In this document: piece by piece, positions 1-14,830 of the stretch
How positions within the stretch are numbered: the first letter of the stretch is position 1
Layout of the letters: the number at the start of each line of letters is the position of its first letter
Assembly (NCBI GenBank): GCA_951406725.2
Contig: OX597830.1
Span: forward strand, 60,698,001-60,762,000
Direction: 5' to 3'
Length of the DNA stretch: 64,000 nucleotides
Source of the DNA: Octopus vulgaris
Lineage: Eukaryota
Program-made: the position numbers and the translations under genes
Notes under the pieces: generated by a model
The model's input: the letters and a program-made list of their open reading frames with translations, nothing else
Database searches by the model: none
What the model was told of the DNA's origin: nothing

Positions 1-265
<265 letters not shown>

Positions 266-516
266 ACCACAAATAAACTTATATATACACTTTTACATAT
301 AAATGTAAATGCTCTACCAAATAAAACTGCACTTCATTTCTTTAATCTCAGTCGAAACTGATGGGTGATACACAAGCACTGAACTATGAGTGCATTACAT
401 TTTGTAGCCGAAACAGCTGTAAGCTAATGAAGTTCATGGCATAATGTCTTATTCCCTTGCGGGTGTACGTGAAGCTTTACCAATCTAGAATATAATAGTG
501 TCACTCGAAGTAGAGT

Positions 517-1034
<518 letters not shown>

Positions 1035-2253
1035 ATGAATAAAATATGTTAACACTCGAACGATTTAGAAACAAAATGAGTCACAATATTTAAGGAGTCC
1101 TTTATTTTTTTTAAAGATTGTGGGTGTGATTTGAAAGAAAATTGTCATTTGTGGTATATGGAGAGAGTACATGAGGTCTCTGTCGTTGTCTCGTTTAAGC
1201 TAATTTATTTTGAATGAATATACTAAATTGATACTATTACTACCAGTTCTATTAGAGTAAAGGGACGAAACCTCCAAAACTAAATATTCTTCTACTGTTT
1301 CTGCTATCAGCACTGCTTGGTTACGCTTTTAGAAAAGAGATATTTTGCTGTGAAGTATTCGCCACTCCCAATATACACGAGCCAAAAGAGCCTGTACGTG
1401 ATTTTTTGACCTGCTGGAAATAAGAGGAAAATTCCACTCAAACCACATCTTGCCACCTTAAAATAAAAGGAAGGGCACATAGGAAAATGTAGCTCTGTTT
1501 ATATTGTTGGAAGTATGATGGAATAACCATGGCTAGAACGCCTGGAACATGGGTCATTTAGACCAGATTTGACCTGAAGCAAAACAACAAAAACAAAAAC
1601 TGTCATTTAAATGTCTTACTAATTAAAGATTGTGTAACTTCGATTTCCTATAAACCCCCTAAATGTGAATGGAGATATAACAGAAGACAGAGACAAAGGT
1701 TCTGTAGAATATCGTCAATATTCCTTGCTCTTTTCTTCTCTAACAATGCAGCAGTGACGCTGTTCTTAAAGAACAAACAGACAATCGATAACCGACTTCT
1801 ATTTGATGGTTATTGAATGTCTGGTAATAATTAATGCCTGTTGGGCGTGTTACTTACTCGACAATATTAAGCATTGGAATATTTCTGCATTTGCTGTTAA
1901 CACATAGCGCCTATTATGCAAATCTGCCTACAAATGTTGTAATAGAAGGATTATGTGCCGTCATTTTGACTACTTAGCGGTGACGAAATTTTATCTTAAT
2001 CGTTATACAGTCATGCATAAGATTAAAACACAGCAGCTTGTATAGAGATAAAGATTCCACATACTATTTGCATACGTTGATACATGGACACATAGATTCG
2101 CTATGTAACTAACCAACTCAGCACTAATCTTCAGCAGTAGGGATTTGCAAAAGCAGAAAAGACGTGACTCCATAGGAAATTACTGCTACAAGCCATTAAC
2201 GAAATCGTAGAGATATGTAAAACACTCCAGATGTTTAATATGTAATAGGAACT

Positions 2254-2515
<262 letters not shown>

Positions 2516-2589
2516 TATCACAAAGCATAGATGCATGTATGCAATGATATTCCTGTTTGCACAACAGACGTATATATACGATGGGATAT

Positions 2590-2700
2590 TTTCATGATTG
2601 TTCGGTTGATATCTAAATCCCAATGAAAAGACCTAGTTTCTAGGTTAGAAACCGATTCTTTATTGATGAGAAATTTGGAAAATAACAATAGAAAATACAT
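2590..2700 (+). mobile_element. Isolated 3' UTR fragment of R4/Dong-type LINE
   Basis: GTTGATATCTAAATCCCAATGAA...CTAGGTTAGAAACCGATTCTTT.TTG..GAGAAATTTGGAAA matches the 3' end at 13740-13838; followed by TACA/(CA)n/(CATA)n. Confidence 0.7.
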
Positions 2701-2732
2701 TCATACGTACATAGACACAAAAACGTTCATAT

Positions 2733-2739
<7 letters not shown>

Positions 2740-2801
<62 letters not shown>

Positions 2802-2837
2802 TACATACATACATACATATATAAATACATACATACA

Positions 2838-2869
<32 letters not shown>

Positions 2870-2895
2870 CATACATACATACATACATACATACA

Positions 2896-2925
<30 letters not shown>
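2740..2925. repeat. (CA)n + (CATA)n microsatellite
   Basis: Directly visible. Confidence 0.95.
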
Positions 2926-2926
<1 letters not shown>

Positions 2927-3908
2927 GTCTATATGTAATTTATATGGGATAAATGTGGGCTACGTATTCAGCTACAGTTTCGTTCGATCGATTCCTCATT
3001 CAAATGTACATACCAGTGAGTCGACCGAAGACCCGATCGCTCAGAAACGCTGTTTGATGTTTACTCTGTTTATCCCACCTTAATTAGCATATATCAGGAT
3101 TTATATCAGTGGTTCCTAGTTGGGTCCGTACCGTCCCCTAAGAAGGCATTTAAAATTATGAGGGTTGAGGTAAGCAAAATTATACTACAGGGAGCATTTA
3201 GAGGCATGGATGAGGGCGGTAAACAAACTTGTATATTATTAGCAGCGAAGTAAAGGTAGGGAAGAACAACACACTATTCAGCCAAACTTAATATTTTAAT
3301 AGATTTCATCTTTTTATTATTTTTGAACGGAAATTTGTATGCGAACATCTTGGCGTGACGATGTGGATTTTTCAACCAAAACGTTTCTTGATCTGCCAGT
3401 GTCGAAAAACCCGACACCCTGACATGAAGTTTTCTTTGGTATCTTTTATTTCAGTTAGAAATTTGTTTAATGGAATTAACTCGTTGTGTCACAAGACAAG
3501 CTGTAGTTTCTTATTACGCCCAACAACCTAGCGTTGTTTTGATCTTTATCAGTTGACAAGTCAGTCAGAGAATTTAACCCTAAATTTTTCGACCATACTT
3601 TGTTTCCTAAAATCTCAAGTATTTTGGCACTACTGTAGTTAAAAAGTTAGAATTAGATAAAACTGGTCCTCAGAAAAGTGGAGAGTGCTCCCAGGTATCG
3701 TCAGCGAATGACCACGTGACTAGAATAGAGGAATTTTCAAGAAAATCCAATTGTGGAATCAAGCATTTTTTAAATCTGAATTTCTAATGATAGCACCCAT
3801 TTAGCCAGACTTCAAGTGGGTACCGTTTATTTCGAGTGTCCACCTATACACTCTGTCAAAAACCCACAAGTTTTTGAGACACGCTCGCAGGGTAGCGATT
3901 AGACAACA

Positions 3909-4113
3909 TGGCAGAAACGGTAGCACGCCGGGCTAAATGCGTAGCCGTATTTCGTCTACCGTTACGTTCTGAGTTCAAATTCCGCCGAGGTCGACTTTGC
4001 CTTTCATCCTTTCGGGGTCGATAAATTAAGTACCAGTTACGCCCTGGGGTCGATGTAATCGACATAATCTGTTTGTCCCCTCTGTGTTTAGCCCCTTGTG
4101 GGCAGTAGTGAAA
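3909..4113 (+). mobile_element. SINE family B
   Basis: GGCAGAAACG.TAGCACGCCGGG...GAGTTCAAATTCCGCCGAGGTCGACTTTGCCTTTCATCCTTTCGGGGTCGATAAATTAAGTACCAG; closely matches 39591-39820. Confidence 0.9.
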
Positions 4114-4973
4114 AACATATAACTTCGTAAACAGGGTAGGAAAAGTGTTAATACAAAACCCTGCGTGGTTTTCGAAGACCATCGTACTGAAGTCAGACTG
4201 TCGAAGAAACTATTTTCATTCTAAATCTACTTAAATCGATGTTTACTCTCATTTGTCAAATCTTACCTGAGCAGCTTTCAGCTTTAAATGTAGCAATGCT
4301 CTTTCTCTTGGCTTTGTCTTTTGACAAAATCTATAACATCATTTTAATAAACGTAATTAAAATAGAAAAATCTCAACCTCAATTATTTTCTTGTTGTAGT
4401 GGAATGAAAAAGTAAAACGTTATTGTTAGACAGGGGACATTCGCGTGTCTTCAATAATGTTGATGGTTGGCTATTTTTGTTTTTTAGCAATCTTTCGGCA
4501 TAGAAATGAATTTAAATCCCCACTCTTTCTTTCTTTATTTTTATTTTTATTTTTTGTAAAACTACTTATTCAAATACAAATACTTGGAATTTAAATATAA
4601 ATATTAAGCCCGGACTTCTGAGTGAAATATATGTTTAATTAGGTGCCCTTTTCCCAACCGATTTTGTTTCCTCATAACTTTTTAAGAATTGCGCATTTTT
4701 AATGAACATTTTCAGAGATACATTTAAGTTGATAGCATTAAAAGACATCTCAGCTTATTCTCCTCTTCCGACTAAAGATAATACTTTTTCAAAATGCATA
4801 TTTTTTTAATGAAAATTGGTAAATTTTCGAGAGTTTCGATAACGTATTATTCATGTTTCAAGCATATAAGAATATTAAGGTTGCGGACATTGGTGGTTAA
4901 ACTTACGGAAACAGTTGGAGACGGAAGAATGATGAGAAATTTCTCCATATTTTTTTTCTAAATTTTATCAAAA

Positions 4974-5770
4974 CAGGGAGAGTGAAAAATAAGTAGGTAT
5001 TAAAAATTGGTCATAAAATCCATATTCCTTTTACAAATTTATTGAAACAAATGTTATATTTTCTTTATTACATGGGAAAAATGAGAGTAAATCTTCTCCT
5101 GGATCCGTGTCTTCAAGTCCTCCAGTATGCGCGGTTTTGTCTTGTACACTTCCTCTTATGTGTAACCCCGCAGGTAAAAATCACATGGTGTAAAATCTGG
5201 ACTTCTTGGAGTTCTGGACTTCTGGACTTCTGCAGTCACAGTCTTCAGGTTTTAGCTCCTGCACGTAATGGGGTTTCCACGGACGAAAATTCAATTCTTT
5301 ATGCAACACCATACGCATTGTATGTCTTGTTAGTCCACTTTCACGAGCTGCTTGACCAGTTGATTTTAGCGAGCTGCGATTAAATATTTCCAACACTGTT
5401 GCCACGTTCTCTGCTGATCGGAATGTGGTTGGACAGTCACTTCTTGCATCGTTCTCAGAGCCCGTGGTCATCAGCTTTGCATGACAACTTTTTATTGTCC
5501 CCGGACGTAGTGTTGCATGCTTACCTTTCCATGCACGCCACCATCTCTGAACCAAAACAATGGAATTCCACACTTCATAGCGTGCTGCAATCTTAGCTCG
5601 CTCCTGGACAGTCAAGTGACCGGCCATCATCTGGAAAATAAGAAATATGACAAAAAAATAAAAAATCCCCATTAGTGTTGTTTGTTTAAAAAGTGTTGTC
5701 GTCATGACTTCGGTGATACTAAAAATTCTATAAACAATTTCTAATGCCTAGTTAATTTCCACCCACCCTG
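4974..5770 (-). mobile_element. Internally deleted Tc1/mariner-superfamily element (Tc3/DUF4817-like N-terminus), non-autonomous
   Basis: Imperfect TIRs CAGGGTGGGTGGAAATTAACTAGGCATTAGAAATTG / CAGGGAGAGTGAAAAATAAGTAGGTATTAAAAATTG; TA at 5771-5772; ORF 5181-5705 has an HTH-like N-terminus; a RSPD.TPCDFYL remnant follows; the catalytic middle is missing. A second copy is at 22395-23171. Confidence 0.85.
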
Positions 5771-5892
5771 TACATCCTTGAAAACGTATCTCTGCAAAAT
5801 TTCGTTAAAAACTATATGCATTTTTTCAGAAATTTATGAGGAAACAAAATTGGGAACGGGGCGCACCAAACAGAAGCTATTCCGAACGAAAA

Positions 5893-6244
5893 GCAGGTGT
5901 GGCTGTGTGGTAAGAAGCTTACTTTCCAACCACATGGTTCTCGGTTCAGCTTCACTGCGCGGAAACATAGGCAAATGCCTTCTACTAGAGCCTCGAGCAA
6001 CCATATGTATATATGTGTGTGTGTTATTTTGTCTGTGGTTGACCTCTCCACCACCGCTTGACAACTGATGTTAGTGTGTTTATGTCCCCGTAACATAGCG
6101 GTTCGACAAAAGTGACTGATAGAATAAATACCAGGATTTAAAAAAGTAAGTACTGGGGTCAATTCGTTCGACTGAAACATTCTTTAGGACGATGCTCCAA
6201 CATGGCCGCAGTCTAATGACTGAAGCAAGTAAAAGATAAAAGAT
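5893..6244 (+). mobile_element. SINE family A (internal deletion)
   Basis: Head GCAGGTGTGGCTGTGTGGTAAGAAGCTT; tail CATGGCCGCAGTCTAATGACTGAAGCAAGTAAAAGATAAAAGATA. Confidence 0.88.
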
Positions 6245-7087
6245 AACTTATTCAGACTTAAAGGTTTAACATTTCGATTTTGCCAAAAAATTGCAAAATC
6301 TCATGTTTTTGATTTCTCCTACCATTTCTTGCTTCTTTTAAAATCTCTTTGTAATGTGTGTCTGGAAATGTGAACTAAATAACTTTGACCTCAAATATTT
6401 TTTTCAAAATTTCAAATAATTTTCGAAATCGAAATACACACGATTCGCACATCTGAGCGATACGTGACAAATGACAATCTTCGTTGTGTGTGCATGAGTG
6501 TGCGCTTGTGTGTTTGTAAGTGTATGTGTATACCAATTATAAACAGGGCTGCCTTAAAAGCATTATAGACTCCCAAGGAACTACTCTATGTGCTCATACC
6601 TTAAAAGGACACTTATGAAAGCTTTATATGTGTATGGGGAGAAGGTGTGTGTGTGTATGTATGTGAGTGAATAAATATGCATGTGTGTGTGTATTTGTTT
6701 GTACTTGTGTGTATGTGTGTGTACACAAATTATGGAAGTGTCTCTCGTCTTGTGTGTGTGTGGTGGGAAAAAATATTAACAATAGGAAAATTATAGAAAT
6801 CTGGTGTCACTACGCTATCTCTTGATCCGTGTTTCTTGCCTAGTAGAACAAGCAATTCTATACTTATCTTTAAAAAAAAAAAAATTCTAGTCTTTCTTCA
6901 ATAATTTATGTGTAATTTTCCTTTTTCGAACAAAATATAAGAAAGAAAATTGAAATGTTTCAAAATAAAAAGAAGAGATGCAAATTTTTTTGAAGAATTT
7001 TTACATTTTTTTGTTTCCCATAATTGTCGTCTTACACGCTGAAAACATATCCGAAGCAATTGTCAAAAAATATTTTTTTAAAGTTAC

Positions 7088-7495
7088 AGGCGCAGACGTG
7101 GCTGTGTGGTAAGAAACTTGCTTCCCAACCACATGGTTCCGGGTTCAGTCCCACTGCGTCGCACCTTGGGCAAGTGTCTTCTGCTATAGCTTCGGACAAA
7201 GCCTTGTTAGTGGATTTGGTAGACGAAAACGGAAAAAAGCCCGTCGTATATGTGTGTGTGTGTGTTTGTACCTATACGTGTGTGTCTTTGTGTTTGTCGC
7301 CCCACCATCGCTTGACAACCGGTTTTGGTGTGTTTATGCCCCCGTAACCTAGCGGTTCAGCAAAAGAGACTAACAAAATAAGTCCTAGGACTTAAAAATA
7401 ATTCCTGGTGTCGATTTGCTTGGCTGAAACCCCTCAAGATAATGTTCCAGCATGGCCGCAATCAAATGACTGAAACAAGTAAAAGAATAAAAGAA
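7088..7495 (+). mobile_element. SINE family A
   Basis: Head, internal (TG)n and tail all collinear with 54108-54540. Confidence 0.9.
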
Positions 7496-7639
7496 TGGTG
7501 TGCTTCGATCAGAACAATTCCGAACGAAGGATCAGTAGTTTTCTTTTATTTTCTTTGTTTGTTTCCGGGGATTATTTTTTCTTGATATTAGTGATTCGAA
7601 GATCTTTTACTTTAAATTTTAGATACTTCTTACAAAAAT

Positions 7640-9250
7640 GAGCAGGTAGGGAAATTACGAAAATCGCTAATCCAACAAAAGGTCACAAAGAATGTAAAAC
7701 ATAAGTTTTGCCAAATATAATGCAAACTTCCTACAGTATTGATTTATCGCTCTGCCTTCGGATCATCGGCGGTGAACTGCATGTACCTTTTGTGAAAATA
7801 CTTCACCAAATGAAGCAATGAAATGATCGTATCTAAAAGATCTTTTTCAATGAAAACATCTGGAAAATCGCATGATATATTACAGTTACAAAAGATAAAG
7901 AAGACTTCTGGAAAGGTACCCTACTCAACATGCATATAGGAAAATCTAATCCAAAACTTAAAATTGCCTCATTGCTCTACTATTAAATGTAAAAAAAAAA
8001 TACACAGAATTGGAGAGGCTCTAATACCCTCGGTTTCTGAAATTCTTACCACACTCTTTAAAAGTAGATAGAGATATTTTAAAATAATAATATTGCCTCT
8101 CGCCGTATGGCTGAAATGAGTGATGTTAAAGATCAGTTATGCATAACATTTAGAAGTTCTGACTTTAGTATGAATCACCGGTACGTTGCAATGAACAACT
8201 ACTTTTCTGTAAATCGTTGAAAATGGATACAAAAAGAGAAATTAATTTGAAGGTTTAAAAAAGTTATCTCGAAGTAAAGCTAACCCTTCGGCAATATGGT
8301 ATCGTGCACAAGTGATGCTGCACCATCTATGACAGGTTGCCCTTCTGGTCTGCTGCTATACGTGAAATAGAAAGTGTAATTCATCAACAACAACCCGTTT
8401 TAAAGCTTAATAAAAGCAAAGCTTGGTTCTTAGATATTTGGGTGTTCAGTCAAGTATATGAAGAGATAAATGAAAATTGTGATAGACTGAATTTCGATGG
8501 CTGTTAAATGGGTCTTGTTTGAAATGCTTCAATCAATATATATATAGCACTAACGTTGAATGTCTGTATCTTTTGCCAACTGGCAAGAGATATAAACATC
8601 ATTTATGGAGATGTGGCTTGTTTAACTGATATTTATGCCATGATAAACAGCCTAAATTTGCAAATACAATGAAACAAGTTTAATATAAAGCAAGCAAGGA
8701 TTGCAGTCAACGACTTTATAAGTAAAATTGAATCGTACAAGCGAAACCGTTCCAGAAGTGATGCTGTCAGTTTCTATCAATGGAAAGCCTTTCACAATGT
8801 TTACAGATGATAATCTGAGGACCTACAGTGCACTTTTACGACATCTGACGAGAGATTTTAAAATAAGATTCAACAACTTGATTAAACTGTGGGTTCCTGA
8901 CTGAGTAAAAAGCCCGTTCTTGCTTCAAATAGAACAAAACATTGGTTTATAAGAGACTATCAACGATTTACAAAATGATCAAGAAGTAAGAATGCTTTTC
9001 GAAAGATCAAAGCTTGTGTGAAATGTGGTGGCAATGTGGCCTGACCTAGCCCATATTGGAGAATGAAACCAAGATATTTTTATTACTTTTATCTGATGGG
9101 GAAAGGTTTTAGGGCAATAAATCAAATTTTGACCAAGAATAGGAATCGAATCAAAATAGTATACGAATTTACGACTTCTTTTATCAGATTTGGAAGGAAA
9201 TATTGCAAAACTCACTTCTGATTATCAACCACAGGGATTACCTCAAGAAA
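7640..9250 (+). pseudogene. Decayed hAT (Buster/Charlie/SPIN-like) transposase relic
   Basis: Manual translation gives NMVSCTSDAAPSMTG (~8293-8337), EFRWL (~8489), DVACLTDIYAMINSLNLQIQ (~8610-8670) and LRLLLSDLEGNIAKLTSDYQPQG (~9169-9237), typical of Buster-group hAT transposases; many stops and frameshifts. Confidence 0.65.
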
Positions 9251-9607
9251 TGGCATGTGTTATTTTAACTATTCTTATTTCAAGCATATTAATATGTCCT
9301 ATGAAAAGTAGTTCTTTTTTTTATTCACATTAATTGAAATGTACCTTTATAAGTAAAATAATAAAAATGCTTATATTCATTAAATTCAAATATATCGACA
9401 ACATTTATCATATAAGAGTAGAATTTTTCGAGGTGGAAATAAGAAAATACTAACGACAACCTCAACAACACAGCTCAACATCTTTCCTAAAATTTTCACC
9501 CAAAAATTTAACTTTGTATTCAACATAGTTATGGAACTTCAATTTTAAACAGCATTCTCCTTATTCACGTCCTTCCTAATCAGCGTCACCACTCCACGGA
9601 TGATATA

Positions 9608-10882
9608 TCAGACCATCCCATAAGTTCTGTCCGATTTTACCTTTTTTTAAATTGAATGAAATTTGATAGTTTTAGAATGTCTAATGGAATTTAAAATTAT
9701 TTTTATGCTTTTGTGTGCATTTAAACTAATTAAATATTATTTTACAGAATAATAGAATTAAAATTTCTTTGATTAAAACCCTCTCTAACATGGAAGTATC
9801 CAAAGAGCATTTAAGGCACATAATGCTTTATGAGTACAAAAATGGAAAGTCTGCAGCCGAAGCGACTCGAAACATACACTCAGTTTATGGGAAAGAATGC
9901 TAGAATGAAAGAACTTGCAGAAGATGGTTTGCAAAATTCAAAATTGGAGATTTCAGCCTTGAAGATGAAGATCGAACAGAACGTCCAGTTGAGTTAGATG
10001 ATAAGCTCCTTGAGGCATTACTTGAAGAAAATCCTGCATTATCAGTTGAAGAATTGGCAAACAAACCATACAACTGTTCATTGCCATCTTCAACAACTTG
10101 GAAAGGTTCCTAAACTTGGAAAATGGGTGCCTCATGAATTGTCGGAAAGCAACCGCAAATCCCGAGTTGACATCTGCTCTTTTCTCCATTCTCGCGAACT
10201 CATTTCACCCTTTATGAATAGACTTGTGACTGGTGACGAAAAATGGATCTTCTATCGAAATGTTAAGCGTCGTAAACAGTGCCTTGGTAAAAGGGAACAG
10301 GCTCAACCACAACCGAGAAGGGAACTTCATGGGAAAAAGGTTCTTCTCTCTATCTGGTGGGATTGCAAAGGAGTAATTCACTTTGAATTGTTACCACCGA
10401 ATGCAACAATTAATGCTCAAGTCTACTGTCAAGAATTAGAGCGTTTGAACCAAGCTTTGAAGAAAAAAAGACCAGCTTTAGTGAATCGAAAAGGAGTGAT
10501 GTTTCATCAGGACAATGCACGACCCCACACTGCAAAGATCACATCACAGAAGATCGAAGAGCTTGGTTGGGAAATAATTCCTCATCCACCTTATTCTCCC
10601 GACCTTGCTCCTTCAGACTACCATTTGTTTCGCAGTTTACAGAATCAATTGGGGGATATAACTTTCGCAAGCCAGGAGGAGGTCGAAACTGACATTTCAG
10701 AGTTCTTCGCTTTGAAACCAAAAGAGTTTTACATTGATGGGATTAAAAAGCTTGTAAATAGCTGGAAGGAAGTCGTAGATAATCAGGGAAAGTACATTGA
10801 TGATTAAATTTCAATTGAATATAACATTTAATCACTTGTTTTCATTCTTCAAAATTCGGTCAGAACTTATGGGATGACCTGA
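9608..10882 (+). mobile_element. Full-length mariner transposon (~1275 bp)
   Basis: TIRs TCAGACCATCCCATAAGTTCTGTCCGA / TCGGTCAGAACTTATGGGATGACCTGA, with TA on both sides (9606-9607, 10883-10884). Confidence 0.97.
9790..10807 (+). pseudogene. Mariner D,D34D transposase pseudogene
   Basis: ATG at 9790 (MEVSKEHLRHIMLYEY), in-frame TAG at 9901, frameshift near 10060; then WVPHEL, VTGDEKW, HQDNARPH and YSPDLAPSDYHLF with 34 aa between D2 and D3. Confidence 0.95.
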
Positions 10883-12240
10883 TAATTGCAATGCCTTTCG
10901 TCTGCTGCAAATGGCGATAGACGTCTGCGAACAACTGTGACTCTATTGCTACTACCATACCGCTAGCATGACGCCTGTGATGCTTCCCAGCAACGGTTCC
11001 TGAGCTTCGGACTAGCTCACCTTCCAAAACTGATGCGTTCTATCACCACATGCTTGTTAAGCGTCATCGCATCTGCTCCAGTTTTTCTCTTTAAACAGAC
11101 CCACCACAAATCGTTGGTGATCGACAATCTGATCTGAGTAAGCTTTCCCTACAGTGAAAGACACGTACTGCTTCTACTGACCAAGCTCGTATCTATGTCT
11201 AATCTAAACTGATTGTATAGGTCACAAACGCGCAGTCTGTATAACCATCTACCCAAACGAAACTGTGTCAACCTATATTGGCATGATTTGGAGGACACTT
11301 GTAGTTCATCCAAGTCTATAATGGCATATTTCGGAAATCCATACGGGATGGCCTATACTATCCTGTTGCGCTTGCACACAACAACGTGATGCATATAAGA
11401 GATTGCTTTTAGTCTCTTTTTAAGAAGATACTTGAAACAATCTCTTTTCAGCGGCTTCTCAAAAAGACTTACTCTGTCTGTTACGATTAACATTTTTACT
11501 AACACTAACACGATTCACTGATGTACTTTAAAGCAAGACTTTTGCAGCAATAAATAAACCAATAATTAGTTTCTCATAAAAACTCTTGTTAAATTTCATA
11601 GTTTTACAATCACTGTATTAATTAACATGAACATCAAAGGTAATGCATTCGTGGCGAATAATGTTGAAGACATAGTCTGAGAGGTGTATTTAATAATATA
11701 CTTGAGAGGGCAAATATTAATATGGTTGAGCATTGACGTTCTCATTAAGCGATTCTCATTATAATCAGAAATAACATTAAAACTAAATTTGTTAATGCAA
11801 ATAGATAACAAATTATGTACACCCCCGCGCGTCGCCAAGTCGATAGGACACTGCGAGAGGCCAGGTGAACAGCCAGAAATAGCAGCCAAAATTTCTGTCA
11901 GATTATTCCCGGATTTCAGAAGTTCTTGACTAAATCATGTGGGGACACCGTTGGAACGTCTTATATCAAAATAGAGTTGTCGCTGTTTAGTTAAGTATTT
12001 AGAAGTGGTTGTAATTTACTTATTGAATTTATTTATTGATACGGTTGTACATAGGGTAAATGTATTTAATAATTGTAGTTTCTTTGTTGTTGGCACCGCC
12101 GGATTGAATGGCACTGCCCAGGTGTCGAAACCATAATGTTATCCGTGGGGCAGCTGATGATGGAGGTATGTTGGATTGTTGGTATGACTGTGGAATACTA
12201 TTACAAGACATCCTTTTGATATATATATATATAAGTCCTC

Positions 12241-12382
12241 ACATACATACATACATACATACATACATACATACATACATACATACATACATACATACAG
12301 ACACACATACATACATACATACATACATACATACATACATACATACATACATACATACATACATACATACATACATACATAC
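12241..12382. repeat. (CATA)n microsatellite, 5' flank of R4 element
   Basis: Directly visible. Confidence 0.95.
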
Positions 12383-13990
12383 CAACATTTGGGCTGCTTG
12401 ATTGGACACTTGATGAAGTCCGAGCCATTGATGGGAAAACCCGAAAAATACTAAGAAGCACACATAATTTCCACATAAACAGTGATGTAGACCCCCTCTA
12501 CCTAAAACGAAAACAAGGCGGAAGAAGCTTAACATCGATCCAAAGTACCTTTGAATGTTGCATCATATCCCTTTGGCAACATCTTTTAACCACCAAGTGT
12601 CGAAGTGCATCCCTTGACCACGTTTGCATACATGATGCTGGTAACACCATAAGACTTGGAAGGCAGTTCTTTCAGAAGCAATCTTTGTCTGATAACCTAG
12701 AATACATGCCCAAAGAAGTCGCACGACTCTACCGCAATGTATTATCAGGTGAAAGGATGAGCCTCTATGAGAAGAAGACCATACGTGGATATGTTAGTAG
12801 AAAGCTTCGTGATGATAGTAACATCGATCATCAAAGCAGACTATCGTGGACCAATAACCGGATTACTACCTCCCACTTTCAAGAGTATGCGTTTGCAATC
12901 CAGGAACAGGAAATATCAACCAAGTATCTCATGCACAAAAAGGACAAAAGTGCAGGTAAAGCCGTAAAGTGTGACAAGTGATGCAGACTTTGTGGCGTTC
13001 ACACTGAAGATATCACCCACATCAGAAACAGTTGTCCGAAAATGTCATCACAGTATTATCTACCGATTCAGACATCACGTTGTAGCTGGGACACTCTATA
13101 AAGAAATCCGTCGGAAAGATAATTCCGAGGACAAAGAAATAAGAACTCACAATATGGTAGAAGCCATATCCACTCATAATAGAAAGAAATATTGGTAGAA
13201 TATACCAGTGAAGACCTCAATAAAATGTAAGCACAGCAGACCTGATATGAGGGAAGAGAAGCTGTGCACAGTTGTGGAAAATAGCTTCCCAGCGGATGTT
13301 AACATAAAGCTGAAGATCAGTGAAAAAGAGAACACCTATGCTGAACTATTGAGAAATCTGTAGTAACAATATCCCGATTACAAGTTCAGGTTTATACCTG
13401 TAATTATTGGAGCCCTGGGATATGTAACACACTACCCAAATGCCAATCTTGAGAAATTAGGCTTCTCAAAACCAGAAAGGAGAAAGCTAATTCGAAGACT
13501 ACAGATCCAATCCATTACTGGAACAGTAAAAATCTGTAAAACTTTCCAGAAGTTTATCATTTAGATATATATATGAGCATGTCTAGATATGCAACTATAT
13601 GCATGAGAATACATACATAAAACATATAAAACTGCACCTGTACATACATACATATATACATATATGCATACATACATACATACATACATACATACATACA
13701 TACATACATACATACATACATACAAACAAAAATACTCTGTTGTTGATGTTGAAATTCCAATGAATGGCGCCTTGGATCTAGGTTAGAAACCGATTCTTTC
13801 TCTATTGGCAAGAAATTTTGAAATAAACTGAATAATGACATACATACATACATACATACATACATACATACATACATACATACATACAAAAATACCCTAT
13901 TGCTGATGTTGAAATTCCAATGAATCCAGGTTAGAAACCAGTTCCTCCTGTTTTGGCAAGAAATCTTGAAATAAGCTGAATAATGACACA
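12383..13990 (+). mobile_element. 5'-truncated R4/Dong-clade non-LTR retrotransposon (RLE type) with duplicated 3' UTR end
   Basis: Decayed ORF: LYLKRKQGGRSL, SHFQEYAFAIQEQEISTKY, CRLC..H...C knuckle, RHHVVA, RPD, EKENTY, IPVIIGALG; stop near 13564. The 3' end module (13730-13838) is repeated at ~13888-13988. (CATA)n lies on both sides. Confidence 0.9.
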
Positions 13991-14039
13991 CACGCGCGCG
14001 CACATACACACATGTATACGGCTGCTGCTGCTGCTGCTA

Positions 14040-14830
14040 CCATTTCTGGCACCATGGACAATGTTTGGTGACGAGATTGTTTGGGTACATTGATTTCCAG
14101 ACGAACATTCCTAGAAACAACTGCGAACCCATCCACCTTGAACAAGAGATAAGAATGGAATATACTTTCAGGACCTCGGTAGGGGTACTAGTTACTGAAT
14201 CGGATGGAGTGGGAGCTTGGAGACCATTGGTCAACTACAACTGGCATCGTACTGAAGCGTTTGCATTGACGGAGTATTTGCATCATAAATGTAATTGAGT
14301 TTTATCACATGTTCTCACTAAAATGCCGTGATGCTTACAGTTTGTCATTGTTTCTGGTAGCTTGGGCCTAGGAATTGGTGCATTTCAACTGTTGCCAAAT
14401 GCCATAACACAGTTTATGTCAGTAGCAACATATTTCGTGAATTACCCAACATGTTGTGTACTGTAATCAGCGGTGATCTTTGAATAATGTTTATTCAATG
14501 TCGACTTCATCTAGAAAGGTTGGCTCTTCAAAGAGAGCGAATTGATTTCAAAATTACGATTCGAAACCTGCTTGCACTTACCGGTCCTTCAGATAAAGCT
14601 ATAAATGATCTGTTGAGCACGGCTTTCAAGTACTGATAAGACTCAATAGTAATATTCTTACTGAAATGAACTCTCGCTGGTTCGATTGCTATGTGATAAG
14701 GGAATGATATTGAATGATTGTGTTCATTACTACTAATTTATTAATGAGCAAACAATTTATGAGACAATCAACATTTTCATACTGATATTGTCATTGGCTC
14801 TAAGCTTGAAAAGTGCAAACTGGTGGGAGG
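14040..14830 (-). pseudogene. Possible highly decayed Ty3/gypsy pol (RNase H to integrase) relic
   Basis: Only weak, frame-broken similarity to gypsy motifs by eye; needs tBLASTn. Confidence 0.25.

Noticed and set aside
355-430. CTGATGG...GCCGAAACAGCTGTA hammerhead-like string with palindromic ACAGCTGT
   Set aside because: A9 is altered and no convincing helix I or II; at best a relic.
3107-3420. CAGTGGTTCC start resembling a hAT TIR, possibly the left end of the 7.6-9.3 kb relic
   Set aside because: No matching right TIR or 8-bp TSD found.
12241-13990. Repeat-spacer alternation suggestive of a CRISPR-like array
   Set aside because: The repeats are variable-length microsatellites and the spacers are retroelement pieces; eukaryotic context with no cas genes.
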